Below the pieces are notes generated by a model, which was given only the letters and a program-made list of their open reading frames with translations, did no database searches and was not told the DNA's origin. 64,000 nt of DNA from Tubiluchus corallicola (Eukaryota > Animalia > Priapulida), in contig JAQGDQ010000159.1 of NCBI GenBank assembly GCA_030141605.1, positions 186,001-250,000 of the forward strand, given 5' to 3'. This document shows positions 14,701-27,500 of this stretch, in pieces (position 1 is the first letter of the stretch; each line of letters opens with the position of its first letter). A program made the position numbers and the translations under genes.

Positions 14701-15158
14701 CATTAATTTTGTATTTGTAACATACGTAAGTGTGCACACTGTTTTAAGAGCTTCTATAGTCTTATGCTGCCCTCAAATATTTCCTTTGTAATTATTTTAT
14801 TGTTTTAATATTGGCCTACTTGTATTGTAATTGTGCTTCAATGTACTCCAACATTCATCGTCGATACCCGATCTCCAATGAGCATTCCCTTTACTCTGTA
14901 ACAGGATGCGAGAGAATTTAACACAGTTTCCAGTCCATGTCACATTGACAATCTTTGCATTCCTGCAAGGATTCTTCTATTTTTCAGTCATCTCTTCTTG
15001 TTGACAAGTGTCATTGTTTACCTGTATTCTAATCTGACAACCTTTGAATGTATGCGATGCAATTTGGCGAAAACTTACGGGAAAGCGTAGTATAGTCCAG
15101 AAAAAATTAAAAGTGTTGCCCAAGCAGATACAGCTGGTATAATTTGTGTAGAAAACAT
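2788..15158 (-). CDS. ZDHHC8: DHHC palmitoyltransferase, ZDHHC5/ZDHHC8 co-ortholog (~599 aa)
   Basis: Phase-consistent exons (-): 15079..15158, 11382..11503 ([11 protein letters not shown]), 10577..10731 ([25 protein letters not shown]), 9162..9346 ([18 protein letters not shown]), 8394..8496 ([16 protein letters not shown]), 6598..6689 (VTGKF...NPF), 6050..6218, 5154..5306, 4339..4434, 2788..3432. Ends in TYEISV, the PDZ ligand typical of ZDHHC5/8. Possible cassette exon at 5521..5625. Confidence 0.95.
8497..9161 (-). other. U12-type (minor spliceosome) GT-AG intron in the ZDHHC gene
   Basis: 5' splice site GTATCCTTTT starting at 9161; branch point TTCTTAAC (8507..8514) about 10 nt upstream of CAG, with no long polypyrimidine tract. 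Splicing restores the frame ...IIT-LAIIV... Confidence 0.92.
12168..12397. repeat. (AATAT)n pentanucleotide microsatellite, ~45 copies
   Basis: Perfect tandem AATAT array in ZDHHC intron 1; it accounts for the spurious ILYYI ORF 12104..12445. Confidence 0.98.
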
Positions 15159-15563
15159 TTCAATCACTATTTTCTTTCTCAACAACAATCCATTTTTATT
15201 CGTTCAGCCCATATTTCCTAACAACACCCGGAAACCAGAAATATAAAAAAATAGTACTTCCCAAGATTTTACACTTTTGTAATAAACGAAACATATTTAA
15301 GCCGGACACCTCAGAAGATAGTGGCCGTTTGCCTTTTGTTTAGTTTTAAAACAATACGTTTTGATTAAATTGCATTTTAAAAATTTATTGCTCGGGCGGA
15401 GAAACATTTCACGGAAACGGAAGTCACTTTTAGTAATGTCTGCCTCCTTGTTGCGCGTGATTCGAACAGAAGTTTTTCTAATTTTTAGTGCGCGAGACTG
15501 AACCGCTAATTCAGAGCTTCGTAATGTGTATCAGCTTTGTTGAATTTTAAGACTGGCCTCAAG
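15159..15563. promoter_or_regulatory. Putative bidirectional promoter and 5' leaders of the ZDHHC and TLDc genes
   Basis: Start codons diverge about 405 bp apart (15158 on -, 15564 on +). The interval has ETS-like CCGGAA/CGGAAGT cores (~15228, ~15412..15425) and a GC box GGGCGG (~15394). Confidence 0.7.
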
Positions 15564-18500
15564 ATGGGTAATCAGCGTTCTCACCATAGCCAAACAAGTA
15601 AATCCAGCTTTGAAGAGAAACCTGAGTTGAGACAGAAAAATGAAATTACGAGTGCATTAAGTGCCACCTACAAGGTAAAATTAGGCAAAACACAGTTGGG
15701 CAATTTTTAGGGGAGGGGGAATTTATGAGCTTAATTTTATCTTTAGATTAGTTTACCTTTATTTCCAAATAACTATTTGAAATTAGCTGTTAATTTCAAT
15801 TTCCCAAAATTGAAGTATGAGACTGGCCGGCGCTATTACACTTTCGCACCGCCTAGCTTTTTCTAGGTTATTACTCGTTTTTAGGCTCGTACGTCATCAT
15901 TCTATTATTTTTACGTCATCAGTGAATGTTTCCGCTAATCTAATTGTAATTTAATCATATATTTAGGTATAATTACCAATAATTACGCTGTATTCACAGT
16001 TCTACACCTATACAGGGCGTATCGCCATCTTGTTTGTGTGTGTAGTCACGTGACGAATTTCGTACTAGTTTATGCATTATCAGGGCCTAGCTTAAAAGTA
16101 CGTGACACACTTTCATCTTCACCGCATTTACATAATAAAGAAAAAACCTTTACTTTTTTTATAATCTAATTCTTAATAATACTACAGTAATAAATAAAAT
16201 TAATGATAAATAACTGTAGTCGTCTAAAATAATTTCCTCGTATATGCCAGCTTGGGTCCCGTGGCTGCAACCCTAATAATCATAAATTATGCGAAGAAAC
16301 TAAAAATACATGTTAAGGGTCACATCGTCACTGCGCGAGCGCGATTGCGCATTAGTGGTGTAAACACAGTTATGCACGTGGAGCTTTTTGCGTAATGCCG
16401 GCGGTAAGTAATGTATGATTTTAATCTGGAATTATAAAGCGTAAAAAGCAATAATATTATGGGAATATGGTGTATATTACGCCTGTTGGTCTGCTTTCTG
16501 GCCTGCAGGCGTGAAAAGAACCAATAGGCCAGGAAAAGCTAGGCGGTGCGAAAGTGTAATAGCGCCGAACTGGCCTGTTAAAGTGTTGTATGTTGATGGC
16601 AATCAACAACAACAATACACGAAAACCAACAGCAACATAATATATCAGTGATTGAAAGAGCTGAATAATAAATAAAATTAGAATATTTTCTACCGACATT
16701 GCCATGACTCACAGCTAATGGAGACATTGCGCCAAGCAGAATGCAAAGTGGATACATATGGGATGTGATATTTGCTAAACAACACCAAAACACCAGCAAC
16801 TCTTTAATAAATGCTAATGCCATTAATGGACTCACCCAGTATGTTGGCTGTGTTACTTTAGCTATGTCTCCAGCCTGCTCCATGTGCTCCAGTTCTGCTT
16901 TGTTTTTATCATGCAGAGCAAATGGAATTTTTTGTCATGGCTTCACTACTGACTACTGGGTGTGATACTAGAATCCACCTTAGTTTTATGTTCTCCTGGT
17001 AGACAGCCTAATGATCCCTAATCCTTCAAACACATCTTTGAACTCCAACACGACTTTTTTTCTGTGTCCTTCTGGCTCTGCCGCAATCTGTTTACAACTT
17101 CTAGTCATGTTATTTTCATTTTGCAGCTGTTGTTTATTTAATGTGTTCAACATGGATTTTTCTGATTCCTCTTTAAAATTTCTTCATCTTTGGTAACAGT
17201 CCAGTCGCTCACAATCTTTGTTCCTAGCATAGACTGCACTTTTGCTGGCATCACAATAAACTAAAAAATATACAGCTCATCTTTATGCTGTATTTGTATA
17301 GTGCATTTTCTTTTTACAGGAATCTCACTGTAACTTCACTTGTGTGTTACATAGTATAGGTCATTTCCTTTAACAATTGTAGTCTAAAATGGTTAACTCA
17401 GTCACAGTTGCACTGGTGTCTAATTTCACGTGTCATTCATACACAGAGGCACATACACAGAGGCACAAGCCATAATCCATGCTGACCGGTATTGTGCGTC
17501 GCCCAGGCTTCAACAAAAGATTTATTTAACAGAGACAAACAACCAAACTGGTACCAGCATTGCACAATCTCTCGTGCTCCCAACGTATGTAGAAGTTATA
17601 ACTTACGTTGCTCGATAAAGAAGAAAACATGGAGATATGTTAACCATATTTCGAATTTTCAACAGCGATGCTAAATCAAATCTTGCACGTTATTTGCAAG
17701 CCAGTTATAGGGGTGATGGGCATAAGATCTCTAGATGCAACAACAAGAACTGTTGCACTTTCCAGGCAGTCAGCAACCAGAATAAGATGGATACATGTCA
17801 AGAATGCAAAAAGTCCAGATCACTTTAAAAGACAGCTTGACCAATGGTGGGCACACCATCACGCAACGCCTTTGAACCTGAGTGGACTCTACAAGCATTC
17901 CAATAATCATCAATTCAACAGAAGAAATAAGTAAAATTAATACCTGGTATAAGAAGAAAGAATTTAAGACAGGAGAAAGGGTGGTGAAGAACCTTCTGTT
18001 TGCTTTATAAGTGTGTTTTTATAACGAGTGGAAATATAGGCTTGAAAATTAGGTGACTGGATCATAGGCTTGAAACTTCTGTCACTATTCACTACAATTT
18101 TTTATTTCAGAAAAGATCACAATAAGTTTGGTTGATACAGCTTGTCCTGTTTTAAAGCACATTTGCAAAGCAAATTTACTTAATTTAGCAAGGTATTTTA
18201 CATTAAATATGTTACTGTTAAAAATTCGTGTAAATTATGGAAAGATGTATCTAATACGATTCTCTTCCCTACAGTTTACAAGTTTTTTTGCGTAGGCGCA
18301 GCTATGCAACAGTGACTTTTAATTCTGTTTTGTTGTGTTCCAGTAATCTTCACTTAGTTTTGAGATGCGTTTACAGGTTTATATGTTTATTTTACAGAAG
18401 TTGGAAGCGGCATCAGTGCAAAATAGCAGTAGTAAAAGTTGCTGCATTGCTAAAGCTGTGTTCAAGGTAATTTAATTATTTAAAAATAAATGTTTGTGAG

Positions 18501-21500
18501 ATGCTTGCACATAATTTCAGCATCTTAATCTTAACATCTGTTAGAGCTATTAGTGCTCATCAGTTGATTGTTTTCACATTCCTGTCTGAAATGAAGCTTT
18601 ACTTTATAAACTTTCAGCACTGTTAAATGTTCGAAAGCAAATCTTTTTAAACAAACTTTAGCCTAAATTAAAGTAATTTTCATTTTCATTTGTATCTTGT
18701 GTAATGTAATTTCATGTTTAGTTTCGTATGAGTCACTGTGTCAAGTGCACTGCAATATTGTAACGATAATTAGTGCGCTATATATTTTATTTTATGTAAT
18801 GTAAAGTAATGATGAGAGGCCACAGAGTTGTAGCTTATGGATCGCAGCAAATTGATTGAATGTGTTTTGTTGCACACACTTTGTTGGGTGTGATGGGCAT
18901 AATTTTTCTATCGTTCAGCAGCTGTTCTGTAGTGTTCTATGATTGGCCTAAAGTTGTAAAAATTATTATCAATATTATTTTTTTCTTTTTGTCTTTTAGT
19001 CCTATTTTAATGAACAGTTTTCACCAAGCTTCTCTGAGGCATTGTGCGAGTACTTTCAAGTGCACAATGACCAAAGCTGTGATAGGATATCTGAAGATTT
19101 ATTTGTTTCCAAAAGTCAGCATATTCTCGAACTGTCTGATTTCACTGGCTTTTATTTCAACCTTTTTTCATCTGGCAAACCTTCAATGAATTCAAACGGT
19201 ATGTATTCAGTAATGTCTGAGTTACTTGCTGTTATACACGTGTTACAAGCAGTTTAGGTTAATAATTGGTGGTTTTTAATGCCATTATAGCTAGGAAAAA
19301 TTATATGCACTATAGATTTTGGAGAGAAGTTTTTCTGTAGATCATTCGGTTTTGTAAAGGTAAGCGTATTTGATTTCATGAGTTTGTAGGTTCAGTTCGT
19401 GGGCTGTGGGCTTTTTTTGTGGTTTAGTGAGTTTAATTTTTATGACTGCAATGATAACCTGAAAATATATTAATATGTAGAGCTATGTATCTTGCTGACA
19501 TATACAAATGCCCAAGATCACATCAGAATGCACTCCAAAACAAAACTGTTTCACACATTTTAAAAGTAAACATACTGATACCTGTTCAGTAAGACTGCAG
19601 ACAAAACAAACCTGGATACAAATTTAATGACACACTTAAAAGCTTATGCAAAGACTTTATTGTGCAATGTGCATGTCCTAAATGTGATGCTACTTAGGTG
19701 TTATTAATTTCTGGTAACACTTCAAAAGCTGTTTTGATTGAAATGTTGTCATTGCCCCATGCAAGTCTCAGTGGTATAGGTGTTATCAGACCCTGCTGGC
19801 AACATTTTTCTTGGAAGCTGTCGTAATTAACCCTAACCCTAACCCCAACCCCACCCTAACTCTAATCCTAATCTGCTTCACGAACTAATTTCTTATGCGT
19901 GGGGAATTGAAAACTTTAGCCCTAAATTCTTATTTTTTTAATTTTTGTGACAAAATGCAAGTATGATACATATGAGTGAAATTGAAACCAGTTTGCAGAA
20001 TTGTTGATATAATGCTGTCATGGATAAATTAACATAGTTGTATTTTATGGTTGAAATAATTGATAACGGAAGTGTTCAAACTTTACGATTTTCACTTGTG
20101 TTTGTTAAGCAGTTATAATGACTTTGATTTCTTTAAGTAATTCTTTTACAAGAGTACTTAATTTTTGAATGAAGACTGTAAAATTTTTGAAAGGTCAGCT
20201 ACTTTCTTCATTTAATAAGACCTGAGCAGTTTTTGAATTTCATCTCCAATTACTTGTTACCACTTTTAAAGGTCCTATGACACTATTTTTTATGTCATTT
20301 TCTTTTGAAGCATAGGCGGAATTACATATTTCCTAATTTTTAAAACAGTTGTTATGCATGCTTTTATGTGTAAATATATTGCAAATTTGTAATAACAAAC
20401 ACAGTATGCGGAGCACTATGATGTTACTGTACCATTATTTAAACTGGGTGTAGGCTATATGAACAATAGGTGTGCCGAGTACTCCCGCAAATAAGGTTAA
20501 GCTGCTAGCCACTATTTCGGGTTAGATGCACAGTAAGTAAGGTAATAATTAACCTTTCTAACTAAATTTCATAAAAACTGCATTTAGTCATGGTTAGCAG
20601 TAAGACATTTCAACCCTACCAGTTTACTTCAACATAAAAATGGCACAAACGTGACCGCAGTGAGGATAGGGCATCCTTTCTTTTTGCTACAAAAAGAAGC
20701 GCCCATCTATCCTGCTAGGCATGGTGAAAAATGAAGCTTGGGCAGTTACACGTAGAATACAGGTACTCAACTGCATCAAACTTATAAGCACGTCGATCAG
20801 CAGTCAAACTTTAGACTATGAGAATATTTTTTACTTAAATATTTAAAGCTTTTTTCTCTGAAACTTCTTTTGCACATTCGAAAAAATGTAACATAGGTTT
20901 TTCCAAGTGTCTAAAAATGTAGGGAGTGCTATTTTAATGAGTTAAAAATGTTGTCTGAAAGGCATTTCTTCTTAGTTTTCTGTTTTCTTTTACTTTTGAA
21001 CCTCAGTCATTCAGTATACCCAGTCTGCATAGGCTCAAAATGTCGGTAAAGCCCAGGGAACAAAACCATTTGTCATTTCTGCCTTATTGTCTAGTTCTTT
21101 TCTCTTCGATCATATCTAAGAATCCGCTGTTATTTTGACAATTTTATATGCTGAAAAACGTAAAAACGATCACTGTTCATCAGAAGCATCATCTGAACGG
21201 GACGTCATGCAAAAGATACCTTGGCAGTGAGACATTTACAAAACAGAAGTGATCAGAAAATGAACAAGAATGCAGCGCAGGGCAAAATACCATGGTGTCA
21301 TGCTAAAACTTTTACACGTTGTACTTCGTTATTAATATTTTTTTCATCTATAAAATATAGTGCATTCAAGTAAGTGTGGACAAACCTATTATTTGAGCTT
21401 AATACTAAAATTGCAAAAAAAGGTACCCCTGTCTCTTCGTTACCGGCGTATCGCTTGATTTTGCCCCCATGTAAATACAGCAGGAGTCACACTTGCGCAG

Positions 21501-24500
21501 TGTCATTCCTAACGTGATGTCATTTCCGCTTCCCGATTTTTCGTTTTTCGCAAGATGTCTGTGCGACCCTAAATTTGAAGAGTTGCAATGCTAACCAAAC
21601 CAAAACAAGCAAGTTTATAAAAAAATAAAGCTGTTTTGTATCAGGCAAGTCAATAGTGAATTTTGACAACAAGTGTCAGTGGATCTTTAAAGGAACATAA
21701 ATGAAGTGTTGCTTTTGAGTGATGACACTAAATCAAATTGTCCTAGCCTAATCCTGATGACCTGTCTATCAAGTTTGGCATCTTGCAGCAAACAAAGTAC
21801 CGATACATTATTTGTCTAATTTAGAAATTTAAGTTTGCAAAAGTTTTGTAATGAAATAATTGTTTCAGATCTAAATAAACTGGTGAGAACTGCATTTACA
21901 GTGGACACAGGTGTAATCAATATTACAGAATCTGGAGATGCTGTAATGTCTGCAGTGGTTTGTGGACTGGTAAATGATTCAGTTATTACACTTACAAACC
22001 ATGTCTGTACATGTGCAAAAAAATGAAAGAAAAATATACAAGCATGTTCAGAGAAAAGTAATTAAAACAATTTAAGTATTTGTAGTAACTGTGTATGTTA
22101 TATATCAAGAAACTTTTATTTTGTTATCGTGCTGTTCAAATTAAAGTTCTTAGGTTGTCATTTTTATGTGTATGGTTTTTTATCTGTAACTGTTGTGGCT
22201 TTGTTGTAAACTAAATGTCCTTTGGTGTTTAAACTGTTTGTTTACTGTGTAGCTAGGTGGAAAAATGCAAATTACAGGAAGTGAGTTCAGCAACTGGGTG
22301 CATTCAAATACACCAAGATTACTTTTAGGACTTCACAAACATCTGACTGCAAAACTCCTTGGTAGCTCTATTTCTGTAAGTAGATTATAGTTAGTTATTA
22401 TTAGATACCTTCAATTTTTAACTAACTTCCATAAAATAAAGAAATGCTGTTTCGAAATGAAGTAAAATATGAACCAAAGCCATTTCTTACAGGTTGGTCA
22501 GGCAATGCAATTTGCTGATAAGCAGCTATTGAATTTGGGTGTCTTGTGGCTGTTGTCTGTTTTCTTACCAACGATTTATACTTGTGAATCGGAAAGTGCA
22601 TCTGCAGAAAAAGAGGCAAGTGGAAGAAATAACTAAAACAAATTCATGAGTTATTTCTTCTGATACATAGAAATTTTTTATAATATTTGGTCTACCTTTC
22701 GCTTAACTGATTTGTTTGTCAGTCAAAACGTTGCCAATTTTATGTATCCAATAAAACTGACTTTTCAGTTTGCTTTATTGATTTCTCTTATGATGACCGG
22801 GTGTGCAAAGCAAAAAATTTCAATGATAGGTAGAAAATAATAAAAGGTTAAGTGAATAAATAATTAATAAATGAATAAGAAAATTAGTGGAAAATTTCTA
22901 TAATGTAGTATTAAAAAAATTACTGATGACCAAATTTAGTTGTTGATTACAAACTATTCTGATGCATTTTCACAAAACTTCTTTGACTGATAGTAAAATA
23001 CATTGTGAGACTAACTGAGACTTGACAGATGTCACAATCAATAAAAAAGTATGTTCAAAACACCCTTTTTTCTCCTCAAATTGTTTTTCATATTTCTCAG
23101 TTTTTTTGGAGGAATGAGTGTGTTTTGTGATGAGCGTGTGACTTATGCGATCTTTTTTCTGTTCAGATAAAGGTCTACAGAATCCCAAAATGGTACTTGA
23201 TATATGACAGCAACGATCAAGGCCTTAGTTTGAATAGGTAATTATCAATGTGACATGTCCTTAATGTGTGTTTAATTACTAACTATGTGCTTTTTGTTAA
23301 ATGAAATTTTTTTTGTTAAATGAAAAAATTCACATCTTGGTATGAGTCATTAGATACTAGATTATGAGTTTAAGTGATTGAGTACTTGTTTGTATATACA
23401 TACATATATTTATAATTTTTTTTTCTGATGATTGAAATGTATGTCTGTGTTTCAATCTTTTTTCAGATTTGAGCATCACTGTTTCCATTACAAAGGCCCG
23501 ACTGTGATGTTGGTGTCATTAGACGATAAATCCTTAGTGTCTTTTCTTAGTGACATGGAATGGCGGTAAGTTAAGTAGCTACATAGAGAGATATAGAGAG
23601 TCCATTGTTGTAACCTTTTAGAGTCACTATTTGGAAACCTGAAATAAAACCTCTGCAAATTAATGCTATACTACAATTCTACTTATTTCCACTTTTAGTT
23701 AGTCACTAAGTAGAGCCATAAGTCTAAACAGAAAACTGTAGCCTGGCTATTGAAAAAACAGAGATAAACTGAAAATGGTCTCTCATAATACAATTATTAA
23801 AAATGTTTTTAACTTAAACTGTCGAGAACCATTCAAAGAAAAAAATAAGTGTGTGAAAATAGCATTGTAAAAAAAGCAGAGATTGTATTGAAAATGTGTG
23901 TGGTCTGCTGTAGCATTTTATGTATTGTTTGAAATTGTTTTATATTTAGTGAATTTAGTGATATATAAGCATATGCAGTTGCACTCATCTTAAGGTACAA
24001 ATAAAAAATAAAAAGTACATAACTAAACATAATTTATGCATAAGCAATGCAAAATACACTTATTAAAAGCACAATAAACAGCAACATATATTACAAATGA
24101 CGTCATACCAATGAAAACTGAAAAGATATAACACAATCCTTATCAAGCAACTGGTGTACCTATGTGTGCAAAAGAAGATCCTCATCACCAGAAGCAGTAA
24201 TATATTTGCTACTAATCAATTCCTCATAACCAGAAGCAGTAATATATTTGCTACTAATCAATTCATAAAACGTATCTGTAGTTCTGTTAAAATACAAAGA
24301 AATAACATATTGATCAGACATATATGGCATACAGAATTTCTGACTTTCTGCCGTTAGACAAACTATTTTAGAAGACATTAATTAATATTAAATCCAACAA
24401 TGACAATAAGAAGGGTATCTGAATCCGAAGTATCCTGTAGTAAAGGTGGTGAGATCAAGTCCGTACAATAACCGTTCTCCATCTTGTTGCGTGCAGTAAC

Positions 24501-27500
24501 CACGACAGTGCTTTGAGTGAGTGCACTTTATTTTAGGACTAAAATAATTACAAAGGTAAAATTCAAATTTATTAGTTTGCATAAATCTATTAACTTCTTA
24601 ATTTCTGTGAGAAAGGGTTTTGGCATTAATAAAATGGTATTACTAGAAAAAAACGTGCATACTGTATGGGTTTTAGAGAAGCAGAATTGAAATCTGTCGC
24701 ATTATAAGCTGAATAGCTGACTAGTGACTCTGTGCATTTAGCAACCAATGTTAAGCAATGCTAGCCTAGTCAGCAAATGGATGTGGGACTGCTGGTTCAA
24801 TACTTATTTAGGGTGGTTTCATCTGCCAAACCACTCATAGATATTTATATTGTTAAGGGAAGGTGTATACGTAAGAGAAGTTCCAAACGTGGCTCGGACA
24901 TCTCTGCCAAAAGAGTATCTCATCTACGATACTCAGCCACATTATGTAATACTTGCAGTTGAAGGCTAGGATTTGCAGAATATTAAAAACACCTGCATGT
25001 ACGGCGGCAGAATAATTATGAGCTATATTTGAGAAGGCAGTTGCCATATTTGTGATAGAGTGAGAGCAAGCAAGAGAGTGAGAGAGAGAGAGAGAGAGGG
25101 AGGGAGGGAGGGAGAGAGAGAGAGAGAGAGAGAGAAGCAAACAAAGAGGGACCAAAAAGAACAGAAGAATGACAGCACAACAGTCTGTGTTCTAATAAGT
25201 ACCTGACCAAAATAGAAATATTTTGGAATTAATCACCAACACAGAGCAATTAGCAAATCACAGTTTTACTAGAAGTGTAGGTGTATCAGGTTAGTATGTA
25301 ATGAAATGACACATGATCCAGGCAAATTCATTTGGACAATAGGATGAGTAACCTAAAGTTGGAAGGCTTGTTTCAGAAAAGGTGTATAAAGGGGTTATTT
25401 CTACATGAAAAAGAATATGGAGTGCCTTAAGCTTGAGTACCTGTATATGAAGCACAGAGAGTGAATGTAAGGTTAGATGTCAGGTCATTTTTAATTTCAG
25501 AAGTTATCTAAGATTGTTTGCACAGGCACATCAGAGTTCACAACTGACACTTAATTATTCTGAAAATTGAGTTTTCATTAACCAGTCTGTATTGCGTACA
25601 TTTCATTACTTGTGGTATTTCATTAATTTTGTAAACAAATATACTGATAAAATGCTTTATGCTTTACCTTCTGCATTTGCGAATGGAAACAAGTTGTCCA
25701 GGTTTCATGAGAATGTTATGTCCATTGCAAGAACGCAAACACATGAAATTGCCTGTTTGGAAAGTTAGGAAGAACGCTGGACATCTTGGTTTTGGAGCCA
25801 AATCCAAAATGTAATCGTTCAGTGCATTAAAGCTGATTGATTCCTTTTCATCGGTTAATACACGTTCTGCTGGCTCTGTAGCTTCCATAATATACTTGGC
25901 TTTCTCTCTACATAGTCAAAATTATAGAAATTATGATGAATTTGAATTATGAACTAGTCTTGGAAGATAAAATTCTGAATGAACTTGATTTCCTTTTAGG
26001 AACTCTTAATATCATCAACAGCTGCTGTTGTTGTTAATATTTATTTGCTAACATTACTGTACCAAACTAATGTCCCTTCCTGGCAGTAGTTGCTGATAAA
26101 ACATCCTTGGAGCTGTTTTGTTCACGTATCTTCACCGAAGATGTGGGGCAGTTTTTCCTATATACACAGTCTAAATATGGGTCATCTTAGACCATTTAAA
26201 AAACTTAATATTTTTCACTTCAAGAGACAGATACTAAAGTGTCATTAATTCCACTTTGTTTGTCAGCTTCATGTATTGGGCTGCATTATTTAACATACTA
26301 GGAAAACTATCCGACATTTTAAGGAGCTTATGTATACAGTATACACACTTGCCAAAGTATCTGTCTGCACAGAGAAAAATATTGTAAACTTTTATGGGCC
26401 TCTCAGCTATTTAAGAGCATGATTTTGAGACTTGGTCACTACGCCACATGTCCTCTCGCCACCTTTTATTTATAAATTAGTTCTGGATGCAAATTTCGCA
26501 TCTTGTGTCATTATAAAAATTGTGTATTCCATCATCATTGGAACTATGTTGTTGAATGAAAATGCGAATGTCTCACCAAAGTAAACTTAAAATATGCTAC
26601 TTAAAAGTTATACGTTCTGTTTTTTGAGTTATACATATAGGAAATTATCTAAAATTGTGAAAAGTGGATTATATTTTTAATTCTTGTTATGGAAAAATTG
26701 CAAAGTTGTAACTTTAAATTGTTAAAAGCAAGCAAATTTAACATTAGAATATAGAATAATATGTTTGTGGTTTCTTATGTACATCTGTTCCTTTGCCCTG
26801 CTGTTTTATGCTATATTTTAGCTGAAACTCTGAAACAGTAATATGAATGAGTGAATCGGTCTGTTTAATTGTCTGTCCATCTATCTCCACTTTTTCTCAG
26901 CTCTGGAGCAATCTAGGATGTTGATACCTTATCCAGTAGTGGGGCATGTTCGGAGCTCAGAACTTATAAATGTTTGGGGCACTCAATGCAGATTTGAATT
27001 TTTCACTATTTTTTAAAAATTAAAAATGGAACGTTAAAGTTTTAATATATTTAAACAACGAGATTGACATTTACTGTCAGGTGTTCATGTATTTGTGAAC
27101 TTACAGCATCTCGTTTTCCACACTAATGTCACATTTGCCAAATATACACCGACTAGGTATCTTGTCTATTGGTAGTAACTCTCCCTTGTCTCCCATCAGT
27201 TCTTCTATTGTAATACACCGTAGATTATAACCATTTCCCAGTGCAAATACGACAGAGATAGTGGTTACCAACAAATACTTCATGTTTTTCTATCTGTAAA
27301 ATAACAGCTGTGTTATTTTAATTTGCTAACATTCTACAAAAATAATAACAATGAGAAATAACAAGAAATGAGAAAAATAATATGTTTTTTATATTGCAGG
27401 AGTTGTACGCCTTTAAAATTAACAAGTAATAATGTCTTACTACAGAAATTGTAATTTTTAATAGGAATTGAAAAGTAAGATGTTTTATGGCTTGTGGAAA

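Noticed and set aside
19828-19872. Telomere or chromosome-fusion scar
   Set aside because: Only ~7 degenerate units in one orientation inside an intron; such tracts are commonly carried by repeats.
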